From assembly GCF_009914755.1 (NCBI RefSeq), contig NC_060943.1: DNA of 64,000 nt. The stretch is one strand, 5' to 3'. This document shows, in pieces, positions 42,581-60,884 of this stretch. The notes beneath the pieces are model-generated. The model saw only the letters and a program-made list of their open reading frames with translations. It was not told the origin of the DNA and did no database searches. This DNA is from the human T2T-CHM13v2.0 reference genome, Homo sapiens. A program made the position numbers and the translations under genes. The number at the start of each line of letters is the position of its first letter. The first letter of the stretch is position 1.

Positions 42581-43059
42581 CATAAATGATTGCTTGAGCT
42601 CAGGAGGCAGAGGCTGCAGTGAGCTGAGATCCCACCTCAGCCTCCCAACTAGCTGGGATTACAGGCACCTGCCACCACACCCGGCTAATTTTTGTATTTT
42701 TAGTAGAGACGGGGTTTCACCATGTTGGCCAGGGTGATCTCGAACTCCTGAGCTCAAGTGATCTGCCCGCCTCGGCCTCCCAGAGTGCTGGGATGACAGG
42801 TGTGATCCGCCATGCCCGGCCCGGCCCCTGGCCACCTTCAGATCTGTCTTCTCCATCCCGCTCAAAGGGCAATGCATATGCAAGTGTTTATGCATGGATT
42901 GTTTGCTCTCCATTGTGATAATTTTTTAAAAGCTCCTCAGTCTTTTGACTTTTTATTAATTATTGCATGCCTGTATCTAATTATCTTCTGTGCCGCATAG
43001 AAAGCTCCTCATTCTTCAAGCCTCTCGATTGAAACTATGATGGGGATCTCTCCTGTCAG

Positions 43060-44640
<1,581 letters not shown>

Positions 44641-45016
44641 GTGAGTATAATAATCTTTCAATAAAAAGTAAACAACAATGACAAAGTAAAATGGCTGATG
44701 TGGAGAAACAGGTGTTTGTCATAAGGGTTTCCAGATACACACGAATTAAGGTGTGGTATCCATAAAAATGTTTGTCCAGGGCCACTGCACAGTATTAGAT
44801 GTTTTTTTCCTAGTACAAGAGCCCCTGGGTTGGATTTAGGCAAATACCCCATTCTGTTTTAGCCAAGCTGACCCCCTCCCACCACCAGAAGAGAAGCATC
44901 ACTCTAATCTCTCCTAGGGCACTTCACAGGCTAGCACTCAGTAGTCCAGTACTAGATAATCCTTTGTTGTTGGGGAGCTGTCCTGTACATTACTGGGTAT
45001 TTAGCAGCATCCTTGG

Positions 45017-45370
45017 TGATATGGTTTGGCTCTGTGTCCCCACCCAAATCTCATCCTGTAGCTCCCATAATTCCCATGTGTTGTGGGAGGGACCCAGTGG
45101 AAGATAATTAAATCACAGGGGCGGGTCTTTCCCAGGCTGTTCTCCTGACAGTGAATATGTTTCACAAGGTCTGATGGTTTTATAAAGGGGAGTTTCCCTG
45201 CACAAGCTCTTTTCTCTTGTCTGCCGCCATGTGAGATGTGCCTTTCACCTTCCACCATGATTGTGAGGCCTCCCAAGCCACATCGAACTGCAAGTCCAAT
45301 AAACCTCTTTCTTTTGTAAATTGCCCAGTGTTGGGTATGTCTATCAGCAGTGTGAAAACGGACTGATACA
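45017..45370 (+). mobile_element. THE1 (MaLR) solo LTR inserted into a MER20
   Basis: TGATATGGTTTGGCTCTGTGTCCCCACCCAAATCTC ... GACTGATACA; 5-bp TSD CTTGG. Confidence 0.9.
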
Positions 45371-46048
45371 CTTGGTCTCTATCCACCAGATGCCAGCAGC
45401 ACCCTCCCCACTCAACTGTGATCATTGAAAATGTCTCTAAACATTGACATCCCCAAAGGGACAAAATTCCCCCATTGAGAACTACTGAGCTAGAGAGAAC
45501 CTGACTTTGAAGACCTTCCACCACCAATACCACACTGAAGTAAATGAATAGTTAGTTTACCCCAAAAGGCAACATTCCCAGCTACATTATGTCTATCATT
45601 GTAGATATGTTCCCCAATCCTTATGTTAATGTATAATAGATAAAACCCTATGCAAATAACATAATTATGAAATGGAGCAAAATACTATAGAATTTTGAAA
45701 GTTCCCCCTGAGAAGAGAAAGTTAGAGTAGAAGTTAAAAAAAAAGTTGCCATGATATGGAAACAGCTTGAATAAGGAATGAGATCTACAGCAGTTCTATA
45801 AGCTCAAACAACCCTTATGCATAGAACCTGCCTCTTTCTCCTGATGGGTCTAGACGCATAAAATTAACCAAGTATAGATGAATCTGTCAATTACATTTTT
45901 GACGGTTACTGCAAAGACAAGACAGTGAACTGGGAGAGAGAAGAGCATATTCTCTTAGGGGGTTTAGTGGGCTGATTTTATTTATTGCTGCCTCAATGAC
46001 TTCCTTTGTTCTCTTTGGAAAGATGGATTGGCCAGTGATTATTCTACT

Positions 46049-46530
46049 ATAAAGATACATGCACATGTATGTTTACTGCGGCACTGTTCACAATAGCACA
46101 GCCTTGGAACCAACCCAAACGCCCATCAATGATAGACTGGATAAAGAAAATATGGTACATGTACACCATGGAATACTATGCAGCCATAAAAAAGGAAGAG
46201 TTCATGTTCTTTGCAGGGACATGGATGAAACCGGAAACCATCATTCTCAGCAAAGTAACACAAGAAGAGAAAACCAAACACTGCCTGTTCTCACTCATAA
46301 GTGGAGTTGATCAGTGAGAACACATGGACACAGGGAGGGGAACAACACACACTGGGGCCTGTCGGTGGGTGGGGAGCTGGGGGAGGGAAAGCATTAGGAG
46401 ATATACCTAATGTAAATGACGAGTTGATGGGTACAGCAAACCAACATGGCACATGTATACCTATGTAACAAATCTGCACGTTGTACACATGTACTCCAGA
46501 ACTTAAAGTATAATAATAATAATAATAGAA
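46049..46530 (+). mobile_element. L1PA 3' end, 5'-truncated
   Basis: ORF2 C-terminus (MFTAALFTIA..WNQPK..DWIKK), 3' UTR and A-rich tail. Confidence 0.92.
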
Positions 46531-46900
46531 AAAGAAAGATAGATTGGCTCTGCCTGGAAATCACCCAGTTAGGACAGGGGCTGCTCTGACAATGTTCAAG
46601 AGGAAGAAATTACTTTGGGCAAGTCATTCTCCCCCTGGCTTTAATGCTGTCAACTGCCAAATCAGACGATCACACTTGTGATCATTAACATGCTTCAGTT
46701 TCAAGTTTCTATAAATATCTTTAGGGAAAAAAAAATGTTGTTCTTGTTTTGGCCTGGTTGCCTGAGGGCAGAACCAGGAAGTATCAAGGGAGGTGTCCGT
46801 GAGATGAGCCTGGATGCAGTGGCTCATGTGAAGTACTGTAATCCCAGTACTTTAGGAGGTCAAGGCGGGCAGATTGGTTGAGACCACGAGTGCAAGATCA

Positions 46901-47125
<225 letters not shown>

Positions 47126-47348
47126 TTAAAGTGAGTACTAGAGATGGGAAGGCGGAAACAAACCTTCTGAGAGGAGGCCTTGCCCGGCAGAATCTACCTT
47201 CACCTTATGAGAGAGACAGATTCAAAAGATGAAAAACAAGAGAGATGAAGGCTGATGCAATGACCCTCCAGGAAGGAAAACAAGAAAATCAAACTGCAAA
47301 GCCCACCTTGGAAAGAAACAGCACTCGGCATGAACAGCCCGGACTTAC

Positions 47349-47513
47349 ATCAGCTCTTCTATCTTGCACATTGGATGTTTCAGCGTCTCACACAGGTGTC
47401 TGATGTCAGACTGGGAGAGGCTAGTGCCGTACAGGCTCAGAAGTTTCAGATGAGGGTTGTGAAGAACTGCCTTAAATAATTCTGAATCATGTCCAAAGTA
47501 CACAGAAGTAAAT
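47349..47513 (-). CDS. NLRP9: NLRP9 coding exon 4 (LRR, 165 nt)
   Basis: tgcag|A acceptor, AT|gtaagt donor; [13 protein letters not shown]...CKIEEL. Confidence 0.96.
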
Positions 47514-48321
47514 CTGCAAAAGATTAAAAAAAAAATAGCATCATGCAATGAGATCCCAGCACAAAGACAGACACCTCTTGTACGATTCTTCCTGCCCTGA
47601 ATGCTGGGCCTCACCACACTGTTTCTGGAATTCTGGTTACTCCTGCCAGTAAATTATTTCTCGATGGGGTTTTTAGACACCAGACAGCACAGAGGCTCAA
47701 GCTGCTTAGAACTTTCCTGTTTCTTCCTAGCCCCTCCACTTCTACATAACTCCAAACATAGAAGGAGAACGAGTCAGCCGAATCCCATGTTAAACCGAGC
47801 CCCATGGGGACAGGAACAAACTATACTTGTACCTCTTTGTATTCTGAGATTAATGTGATTAATGCCTCACATAAAATGACGCACACATATCTGAATTAAT
47901 GCTCCAAGCAAAACTGTGTTACCCAAGGAAATAACCCATTTCTGTTTTAAAATTAAGATTTTTTTTTTTTTAATAAAAGAGACAATGTTATGTAGTGTCA
48001 AAAAACTCAGGCTCCAGAGTTACAGGAAACTGGATTTCACATTTTGCTTTTCTCCTTGTTGCTTTTGCAAGATTGGGCAAATGACCTAATGGCTGTGTGG
48101 CCCAGTCTCTTCATGAAAGATATGGTCATGGTAATTAAGAAATTAACATTTAAGGCCAGGCATGGTGACTCACACCTGTAATTTGGGAGGCCAAGGCAGG
48201 CAGATCACATGAGGTCAGGAGTTTGAGACCAGCCTGGGCAACAAGGCGAAACCCCGTCTCTACTAAAAATACAAAAAATTAGCTGGGTATGGTGGTGTGT
48301 GCCTGTAATCCCAGGCACTCA

Positions 48322-48426
<105 letters not shown>

Positions 48427-49091
48427 TCAAAAAAAAGAAATGAGCATTTATTGTAATGCCTGGAACATGGTCAATTCATGCTGGCTTTTATTTTAATATC
48501 TACATGTATATGCCATATATGTGTATTTATAAACCAAATACGTAACTACAAATATGTGTCTATAAGCCAGATATGTACATATTTACCAGATAAATACAAA
48601 ACCAGAATATGTACTTAAAATCCAGACAAAATTTATGTATAAACCATATATAATATGTATTTATTAGCCTGATAAATGTGTATTTACAAACCAGACACAC
48701 GTAAGAATAAATACATGACACACAGAACTTGCTCTATGTGACTCCTGGCGTTACAGCAGATGAGCGCACCCTGATTTCTCTCCTAGTCAACTTTAAGAAA
48801 TGACAGAGAATTTTAAAAGTAAATACTTTTACCATGTTCAAAAACTAGAATGGAAATTTTGAGTAGGCCAGAATCAAAACACAGATAAGGGCAGATCACA
48901 GAGGGGAACAGCAGGCTGGAGGAACTGTGCGGACTGCGGGCGGAGTGATCCCCTAAATGTCTGAGTGACACCCAGGTACCACCTGCCCGGAGATAAAGGA
49001 AGCCAGGAGCTGGTGACAGGGCGGTGAGGTGTACAGGGATCTGTGCGGCGAGGGTGAGCAGAGCCTGACCCACTAACAGGTGGAAGTGCTA

Positions 49092-49390
<299 letters not shown>

Positions 49391-50460
49391 TCAGAAAAAA
49401 AAAAAGAAAAACAGCAAACCCCCTTGATTTCTGGAGACACCTGTGAGAATAAGCGGGAGGTGGTGGCAAAAAGGACAGGAATATCCGGCCTCCAAGCCAC
49501 CACACCACATTCATGAAAGCACCGGGATTGGTTAGCTAGGCAGCTGCAGTGAATGCCAACCGTCAGCCAGCAGCAAACAATCGAGTCAACAGACAATATG
49601 GTGGGAAAACAGTCACAAAGATGAACATGTAATCAGGAATCATCGCCATTTCAGGATAATCAACCTCATGGAAAAGGGGCAAACTAAAATAGAAGAGTTG
49701 ATTATGATACCATTTGTTGACTATTTGCCTTGTCAACTTTTTCCTTTTTCTACACATAAAATGATAAAAAATGCAATTGCTGAGATGAATAAAGAAGCAG
49801 AAGCCTGGGCTCATTCCTTCAACTTTGAGTCCAATGCCTCCCCAGCGTTAGGGATTAAGGACCGCTGGAGGTATGTGTGTTTGGAACATATTGATCCATC
49901 TGTTATTAGTCTGCCCTACAACCCAAGGAATCAATCTACTTCTCTCAGCCTCTACTGATGCCACTCTGTTTCCAGAAACTATTATCACTTTTTCTCAAGT
50001 ATAACTTCTTCCTTAACTATGAGGGAAAAAAAGTTGATAAATAGAACAGGATCTGAACTAACCATTCCATGTGAGTGATGGCAGTTGAATGATACCTCCA
50101 ATGTTCCCTAAACCCTAACCTTGGGGAGGCATTAGAATCGATGTTGAAGGAATGAGCTCTGGCTTCTGATTCTCCATCGTCTCAGCAATTGCATTTATCA
50201 TTCATATACACAACAGAAAAGAGAAGGAAAAACATTTTTCAATTTCAAGGCATGTGGCTAGATACCTTTGAAGAGAAATGACCAAACTGTCTCTATCATT
50301 TCTGGACAACTTAAAATGAATCTAATGATGTTTTTACTAGACACTGAACTAAAGGACTTGTGTAAAATATCAATGAGTTGGGAGGTCAAGGCAGGTGGAT
50401 CACATGAGGTCAGGAGTTTGAGACCAGCCCGGCCAACATAGTGAAACCCCATCTCTACTA

Positions 50461-50649
<189 letters not shown>

Positions 50650-51189
50650 TTATTCTGTCATCAACACTGTGAAGAAGCACTAATGTCCTCATTTTGTAAC
50701 CTAAGGTTCCTAGGAAGGACACGTGCATCTTAATTCACGCCTTCACCCAGGTTTATCCAGATTACTGTTCTGCTTCATGTTACCATTGACCTCATGTGAA
50801 AATCAATGACTTCTTGTGCTTTGAGACTGAATTTATAAAACAAAAATCAATGACAAATGTCTTCATTGCAAGACCACTAACCACCTCTTCCTTGCTAGTA
50901 TCCCTCACATATCCCATTGAAATTCAGATACTGCTTATGCGTTATAATCAAGCCAGTCCCCTACTTTAACATTTTCCAGAAAAAAAACAGTTCAGTGAGG
51001 TCCACTTTTTACTCTCCATGTGGGATCTTTAGAAATTCTTTTGAGTCAGTTCCTTCATTATTTTCAGCACACATTCATTCTATGGATGTTTAGTGAGCCC
51101 CTACAAGGCTTTGTATTTTTCTAGAGGCTGAGGATGTGAGGGTAAACGCATCCCCATCCATCATGGAGGTTTAGTCAACAGAGAAACAC

Positions 51190-52068
<879 letters not shown>

Positions 52069-52602
52069 AATATGTGGGCCAATAATTCAACGCAATAACT
52101 CTTACCAAAAAGATGTATAAGGTGCTTTGGGAGCATAGCAAGTCTTCCGTGATGACATGACTTTTCAAGCTGAAGGAAGACTTAAATTTAACCTGAAAGC
52201 AGTAAGTTTGCTTACAGGGGTGAAGAGAACAGCATGGCCCAGGCAAATCAAGATAAGTAAAATATCAGGGAACAACTGTGTTTCTATCCTCTCATACATT
52301 ATTTGTATAAAAGTAATAATAAAAACTTTATTAGGATTAAAAGAAACGGAAGAAAATATTGCACATCAGCACTCTGTTTTATGAATGCTACCATTATGCT
52401 TATCTTATTTTTCTTTTTCTTTTTTTTTTTTTTTTTTTTTTACAAATTTAAGGCTATTTTTCTGTCTGTCCTCAGCACTCTTCCTTTCTCACCTGAGAAA
52501 CATCTATTCTCCATCCACTCACATCCAAGCAAAGGTCATCCCTAACCAGGACTGCTCGCTCTCTGGCCCTCCAACTAGATTTCATTTTACATGTCACTAC
52601 AT

Positions 52603-53075
52603 TTTTTTTTTTTTTATTATACTTTAAGTTCTAGGGTGCATGTGTACAACGTGCAGGTTTGTTACTTATGTATACATGTGCCATGTTGGTGTGCTGCACC
52701 CATTAACTCGTCATTTACATTAGGTATATCTCCTAATGCTATCCCTTCCCTCTCCCCCCACCCCACAACAGGCTGCGGTATGTGATGTTCCCCTTCCTGT
52801 GCCCATGTGTTCTCATTGTTCAATTCCCACCTATGAGTGAGAACATGCGTTGTTTGGTTTTTTGTCCTTGCGATAGTTTGCTGAGAATGATGGTTTCCAG
52901 CTTCGTCCATGTTCCTACAAAGGACATGAACTCATGCTTTTTTATGGCTGCATAGTATTCCATGGTGTATATGTGCCACATTTTCTTTATCCAGTCTATC
53001 ATTGATGGACATTTGGGTTGGTTCCAAGTCTTTGCTATTGTGAATAGTGCCGCAATAAACATACATGTACATGTC
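52603..53075 (-). mobile_element. L1PA 3' end, 5'-truncated, with TSD acatgtcactacattt
   Basis: poly-T, TTATACTTTAAGTTCTAGGG, ORF2 C-terminus on the minus strand. Confidence 0.93.
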
Positions 53076-53197
53076 ACTACATTTAACACACTGGATTGCC
53101 GCTCTGCATTTATGCATGGGTCTTCTTCCAAAAAGGCCACAGTAGAGAGAAGGAAACTCTGCCATTTGCTTAAAGGACAGGTTAACATAAAACTTAC

Positions 53198-53359
53198 ATG
53201 AGTTTTCGGAGTTTACAAACAGGCTGAGCCAGCGCTTTGCAAAGAATCGCCAGGGAGGGATCATCGAGGCTGGTATTTTCCATGTCTAAAATCTGGAAGT
53301 TCTTGTTGGTAATGAACATTGAGCAAAGCTCCCGCCAGTAGACGAGCTTCTCATTGTAA
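53198..53359 (-). CDS. NLRP9: NLRP9 coding exon 3 (LRR, 162 nt)
   Basis: atag|T acceptor, AT|gtaagt donor; [15 protein letters not shown]...KLRKL. Confidence 0.96.
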
Positions 53360-53837
53360 CTATGAGAGAACAAAGATTGTGATTCTCCAGTGGCTAAACT
53401 CAATTCAAGACATTCTCAAAACAGGTCGAACACCATTTCCAAAGCACCTCAAAGCTGACAGACACCCAGGCCTGAACAGGGAGAAGGTCAGCCAGGTAAA
53501 CGGAGCCAACATGACATAATAGTTAGAAAGTAGGCCCTGGCCAGGTAGAGTGGCTCAAGCCTGTAATTCCAGCACTTTGAGAGGCCAAGGCAAGAGAATC
53601 GCTTGAGCTTAGGAGTTTGAGGACGGCCTGGGCAACATAGCAAGACTCCATCTCTATTAAAAATTTAAAAAATTAGACAGATGTGGTGGCATACACCTGT
53701 AGTCCCAGCTATTTGGGAGCTGAGGTGAGAGAATCACTTGAACCCAGGAGTACAAGACTAAAGTGAGCTATGATCATGCCACTGCACTAAGCTAGGGAAA
53801 CAGAGCTAGACCCTGCCTCAAGAAAAAAAAAAAAAGG

Positions 53838-54303
53838 AGCACTATTTACAATAGCAAAGACATGGAATCAACCTAAATGCCCATCAATGATAGACTGGAT
53901 AAAGAAAATGTGGTACATATACATCATGGAATACTATGCAGCCATGAAAAGGAACAAGATAATGTCCTTTGCAAGGACATGGATGGAGCGGGAGGCCATT
54001 ATCCTTAGCAAACGAATGCAGGGACAGAAAACCAAATACCACATGTTCTCACTTGTAAGTAGGAGCTGAATGATGAGAACACATGGACACAGGGAGGGGA
54101 ACCACACACACTGGGGCCTGTTGGAGTGTGGGGCTTGGGAGGAGGGAGAGCATCAGGAAGAATAGCTAGTGGATATCGGGCTTGATACCTGGGTGATGGG
54201 ATGCTCTGCCCAGCAAATCACCATGACACACGCTTACCTATGTCACAAACCTGCACATCCTGCACATGTATCCCTGAACTTAAAAGTTGGAAATAAAAAA
54301 AAA
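53838..54303 (+). mobile_element. Older L1P 3' end
   Basis: MIDWIKKMWYIY ORF2 tail, 3' UTR, A tail. Confidence 0.9.
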
Positions 54304-54684
54304 GAAAGTGGATCCTGAGACAAGAGTAGTTGATTGGAATCAAACTCTGGTGTAAACATTTAGTAACTATGTGACCCTGGACAAGCTATTCAACCTTATT
54401 CTGCTTCATTTCCTCCTCGTTTAGATGTGAATACTCGATTGTTCTGTGAACAAGGGTTATTTGGTGACCCCTCAGTGAACAGGGAACTGTATCCAAAAAT
54501 GTTATCATGAACAGCAGCATGTATCTGAGAGCTAACGTATGAGCTGGTAACCTGAACCCGATGGAAGAATACAAGGCAAAATCAGCAGAGGGAAAAGGCA
54601 TATGGAAAAAATGCAGAGGAAACAAGGCACGAACTTCCAGGAGTCCCCTCTCAGTGGGGTCACTGGGGGATACCGCACAAGCTA

Positions 54685-55113
<429 letters not shown>

Positions 55114-55364
55114 CTAGCCGCCTCTTAATCTCACACGAGCCCTATGAAGTAGACAAAACTTTTATTTCTCTTTATACAATGGAAAAAGTTCAAGAAGTTG
55201 CAGCTCATGATCCCACAGCAGTGCCAAGGCTCGAAAGGAAGGCTTTCTGACTCCGACCTCCATGCTTTTAAGCACAGTGGCATAAGGCCCATGAAATACC
55301 CACAGGCCACTAGAGCAAACTCCAAGTGTAGTGTGTGGGACGGGGGATTAATAGACAGACTCAC

Positions 55365-56916
55365 TCTGAGATGCATCCTGAGTCATCTGGAAAGATATTC
55401 TCCACACACATGCGAAGTGTCGTTAAATGTTGACAATGCTTCAGGCAGAATGAAGCTATTACCAAATGTTCTATGTTACCAATATAAATGAAAACTTCTT
55501 CAAAGAAATTCATCACTTTGGTTACAAATTCTTTTTCCTGAGTTTCAAACAAACCAATGAATAGTTCCTGGAAAGCTATGGCTTCCCTATCAGCTTCACA
55601 TTGACTTAAACTTTCAAGGCATTGGGTTATTTCCTGCTTTAGGTCTTTTGACAGTGGAAAACCAAAGGAGGTCTCCAGCATGCTGACGATTTCTTCTGTT
55701 GAAATTCCAAACATGAATATCCCCACCTGGGTCAAGAGGGTTTGAGGCTGAACCACACTTGCTCTTACAAGCTGGGTTATGCTTCCAATGGCCGGGTTAG
55801 GATCGTCTTTGGGTCGTTTGAGCAAATAAAACATGGCGGCACAAAACTCTTGGATACACAGATGCATGAAGGCAAAACAGTCCCCTCTCCTTTGGAGGAG
55901 TCTCATACCCACCCACATCACGCCCTCAGACTCAGATAACCCATTCCTCCGGAGATCCCCATGGGAAAATACAAATGTATATGTCCAAATTCCCTCTGCA
56001 GCCAAAGCACACAGGCTTTTTAGTCGGGCTCTGTTCACCTTAGGTGGAAAACTCTGACTTCCTGCTTTGAATACAGTTGTTAAAAAGGATGCATATAAAT
56101 AGGTGGTGTTTTGGGAGTTTATTTCAAGGTCTTCTCCCCTCTCTAGCCTCTGTTTCACACAAGTACAGACCAACCAGCACGTAAAGGGATTATGGCACAA
56201 GATAAACAGCGGCCCATTATCTCTCACAAAATTGAAGACTTTCAGGGCTTTGCTCTTCTCACCAAAGAAGTAGGAGAAATACGACTTCTTTTCAGATTCA
56301 CTGAATCCTAAGAGCTTTATGAGTTTTGGATGCCGCAACATAAAATAGTGTTTTTGCATAGCCAGTTTTCCTAATGCAATAAGGAGAGAGGATTCTGGAA
56401 GCATCTTTTTTTGCAACAAACTGCTCAGGATAATTGGCATTGGCTGCCGCTGCCTCCAATCATCGCTCAAGTCAGCCTTAAGTTGTAAGTTAAACTTCAG
56501 TTGCTCAAAGCCATCCATGATGAACAGAATTCTCTCTGGCTGGGAAAAAATGTCTTCGATCTTCTCTGAAGACTCCGGCCAGTCCCTAGAGAGGAGCTCC
56601 AGTAAGCTGGTCTCTGCGATACCGTTCATTTCACAGACATTGAGGAAAAACACAAATGTGAACCTGTCCTTCCATAAGTTTCCCTCTGCCCAGTCCAACA
56701 TCACTTTTCTTAAAAGGGTTGTTTTTCCAATTCCATCAGGACCTTCCAGGACCACAGTGTGTCGTCTAGCCGCAGCAGTATATGCGTCATTCAATTCTTT
56801 ATACTCATTTTTCATGGTTTCTTTGTAGAAATGCTCAGGGACGTGAAGACAGGTTTCCTTCTCCCATATGAGTTGAAATGTTTCCTTCATATGCTTTCTG
56901 TATGGGTTTAGCTTAT
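55365..56916 (-). CDS. NLRP9: NLRP9 coding exon 2, NACHT and associated helical domains
   Basis: acag|AT acceptor, GA|gtgagt donor, 1552 nt; Walker [10 protein letters not shown], Walker [12 protein letters not shown]. Confidence 0.98.
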
Positions 56917-56982
56917 CTGTGTTAATGAGAACAGGATATAAGATAGGTAAAAATGCACTCATTCTTTTATACTTCTGAGAAC

Positions 56983-57469
<487 letters not shown>

Positions 57470-57861
57470 TAGTAGAGACGGAGTTTCACCGTGTTAGCCA
57501 GGATGGTCTCGATCTCCTGACCTCATGATCCACCCACCTTGGCCTCCCAAAGTGCTGGGATTACAGGCGTGAGCCACCGCGCCCGGCTGTCAACCAGTAC
57601 GTGCCTGTGGTCCCACCTACTCAGGAAGCTGAGGCACAAGAATTGCTTGAACCTAGGAAGCGGAGATTGCAATAAGCCAACATTACACCACTGCACTCAA
57701 GCCTGGGCAACAGCCTGACACTCTATCTCAAAAAAAAAAAAAAAAAAAAAAATTACTATATCAATTGTTTCTAAAATTGGTCTTGTCTATATAATAACCT
57801 TCCCCTACTTTCTGCATTTTCTTTAATTAAACTGATGATAGCAGGTCACCTGTCAGCAAAG

Positions 57862-57964
57862 TACACATATATATACACACACACATATATATACATATAT
57901 ATACATATATACGCACACACATATATACACACATATACATATATACACATATATACATACACAT

Positions 57965-57997
<33 letters not shown>
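57862..57997. repeat. Compound (TA/CA)n microsatellite at an Alu tail
   Basis: alternating tatata/cacaca runs. Confidence 0.95.
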
Positions 57998-57998
<1 letters not shown>

Positions 57999-58016
57999 TT
58001 TTTTTTTTTGAGATGA

Positions 58017-58211
<195 letters not shown>

Positions 58212-59047
58212 TGAACTCTTGACCTCAGGTGATCTGCCCTCCTCGGCCTCCCAAAGTGCTGGGATTACAGGCGTAAGCCACCATGCCCAGCCACAAAATA
58301 TATATTTTATGCAAAGTTTATCTAATGAGTGATGAGAAATGGGGAAGGGAGAAGAATTAAAATCCTGTTCATAATCTGAGTTTTCAAATTTCAGAAAAAT
58401 TTTGAGTCTTGGGAAGGGACTGGACGGAAGGAGATTGCAAAGGGGCCCTACAGTCGCTCACAGGAAGGCAGGGACGGTTCCACCGATGGTCTGTGCTCTC
58501 CTTGCACACTCGTCTGTGGACATCACAGGAGGGAACAGCATCCACTTTATTCTCCGCTATATCCCTTTAACACCGTCGCACAGGAGTTATTCAAGTCTCT
58601 GAGCAGTGACTGACTTTGTATAAAATTAATATTGTAAAACTGTCTTGAATTTAAAACATACATGCTAGGCACGGTGGCTCACGCCGGTAATCCCAGCGCT
58701 TTGGGAGTGCTGAAGGCAGGAGGAGCACTTGAGGCCAGGAGTTCAAGACGAGCTTGGCCAACATAGTGAGACTCCATCTCTGTTAAAAAATTAAATTAAA
58801 AAATATGCAGATAAAGAGAAAGGAAATAAGGCCATTCCAAAATGTCATCAATGTATGTAATCATGGCTCATAGCTTGATCTGTGTCTGTATTACTCTACA
58901 TTTTTCTTCTGCCCGATTTTTCTCTCTACAGTAGAATTATACTGTATATACTATTTTCAAACATGGTTTTTGACTGAACAATATATTATGGACATCTTTC
59001 TAAATTCATGCACATTTTTCATCACAAAACACTATGCTATTTATTAA

Positions 59048-59365
<318 letters not shown>

Positions 59366-59562
59366 TGAATGGATTTATCATTATATTATTCACTTTCTAT
59401 ATTTGCCCATAGTAAACATTTGCTGACCTCCAAGGTTTTTTTTTGAGACAAAATTCATAAGCAAGGTTATTTAAAACTGATGATTCACGCCTGTAATCCC
59501 AGCACTTTGGGAGGCTGAGGTGGGTGGATCATGAGGTCAGGAGATCGAGACCATCCTGGCTA

Positions 59563-59785
<223 letters not shown>

Positions 59786-60642
59786 TTATAACATTTAGGA
59801 CCTCAGTGTCCCAAGTGAGAAACTCTCAGTTCAGACACTGACTCGGTCATTTTTTCATCTGCCAACATAGAACATTAATCAGCAGAAAAGTCAAAGACAC
59901 GAACCACACAGATAAAGAAAACTGGCACACACCTGTAATCACAGCACTTTGGGAAGCCCAGGCAGGAGGATCATCTGAGGTCAGGAGTTTGAGACCAGCC
60001 TGACCAACATGGTGATACCCCGTCTCTACTAAAAATACAAAAATTAGCTGGGCGTGGTGGTGCATGCCTGTAATCCCAGCTACTCGGGAAGCTGAGGAAG
60101 GAGAATCGCTTGAACCTGGGAGGCAGAAGTTGCAGTGAACCGAGATCATGTCACTGCCCTCCAACCTGGGCAACAGAGCAAGACTCCGTCTCAAAAAAAT
60201 AAAACAAAAACAAAAAAACAACAAAAAACTAACACAGCAAGCAACTCCAAACCAAATAAAATACCCTCAAGCATGTGGGGATACGAAATAAGGTCTCAAA
60301 TTAGAATTACCAACACAAAGAAGAAACATGAACAAAACAGAAGTAAACGTAACAGAAGTTGATGGAACTCAAAAGTAAAGGGAGAAGATAACAATCATCA
60401 GAAACAAATGCTAATTACTAGATACCTAATAGGGAATATATTTAGTTTTTCCTAAGTATCCCCCGAGAGGAGGGTGTAGACCCCATCAATGAGTCCAGCA
60501 GAACTGGTTCGGAGTCAGATCTGTCACTTTTGGAAAAGTCATGTAACACATGGGAACACTGTTTTGTCCAGTTTTCTCACTTGTAAACCTTTCCTGGGTT
60601 GTGATAAGAATGAAAAGACATTATGCAGAAAGAATGCTTCCA

Positions 60643-60884
60643 GGACGTGAGGACAACCTGGCTGTGATGTCTGTCACCCCATTGGTCGCCCCAGGGCTAA
60701 TTCGGCTGATGTGGCCAGCTGGGTGGGTGTCCACTTCCTCCCTCACTGCTCCATATGCGTCCGTCCTGAAAGTCTCCCCTGGGTCAAAGACGATGACAAC
60801 CTTTGCCCATAGAGGAAGGTCCTTCCATCGCGGGCAGAAGAGAAGCTGTGCTCCCCTACTAGAACCTCCAAACAAGCTCGCAAG
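60643..60884 (+). pseudogene. 7SK snRNA retropseudogene (RN7SKP class), 3'-truncated at about nt 240, in NLRP9 intron 1
   Basis: matches 7SK from the 5' end (GGAcGTGAGG..CTGTCACCCCATTG..TTCGGCTGAT) to CTAGAACCTCCAAACAAGCTC; 12-bp TSD AAGAATGCTTCC at 60630 and 60882. Confidence 0.93.

Noticed and set aside
45269-45281. PRDM9 motif position in the THE1 LTR
   Set aside because: Reads CCTCCCAAGCCAC; the key T at position 7 is A, so it is not the hotspot-active form
46059-46317. Reverse-transcriptase-related ORF fragments (also 52820-53188 and 53887-54069)
   Set aside because: Only the extreme C-terminus of L1 ORF2 in 5'-truncated dead copies
48500-48720. Degenerate AT-rich ~22-bp periodicity (aaaccag...tatgta)
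   Set aside because: Too decayed to define a unit; ordinary low-complexity intron sequence
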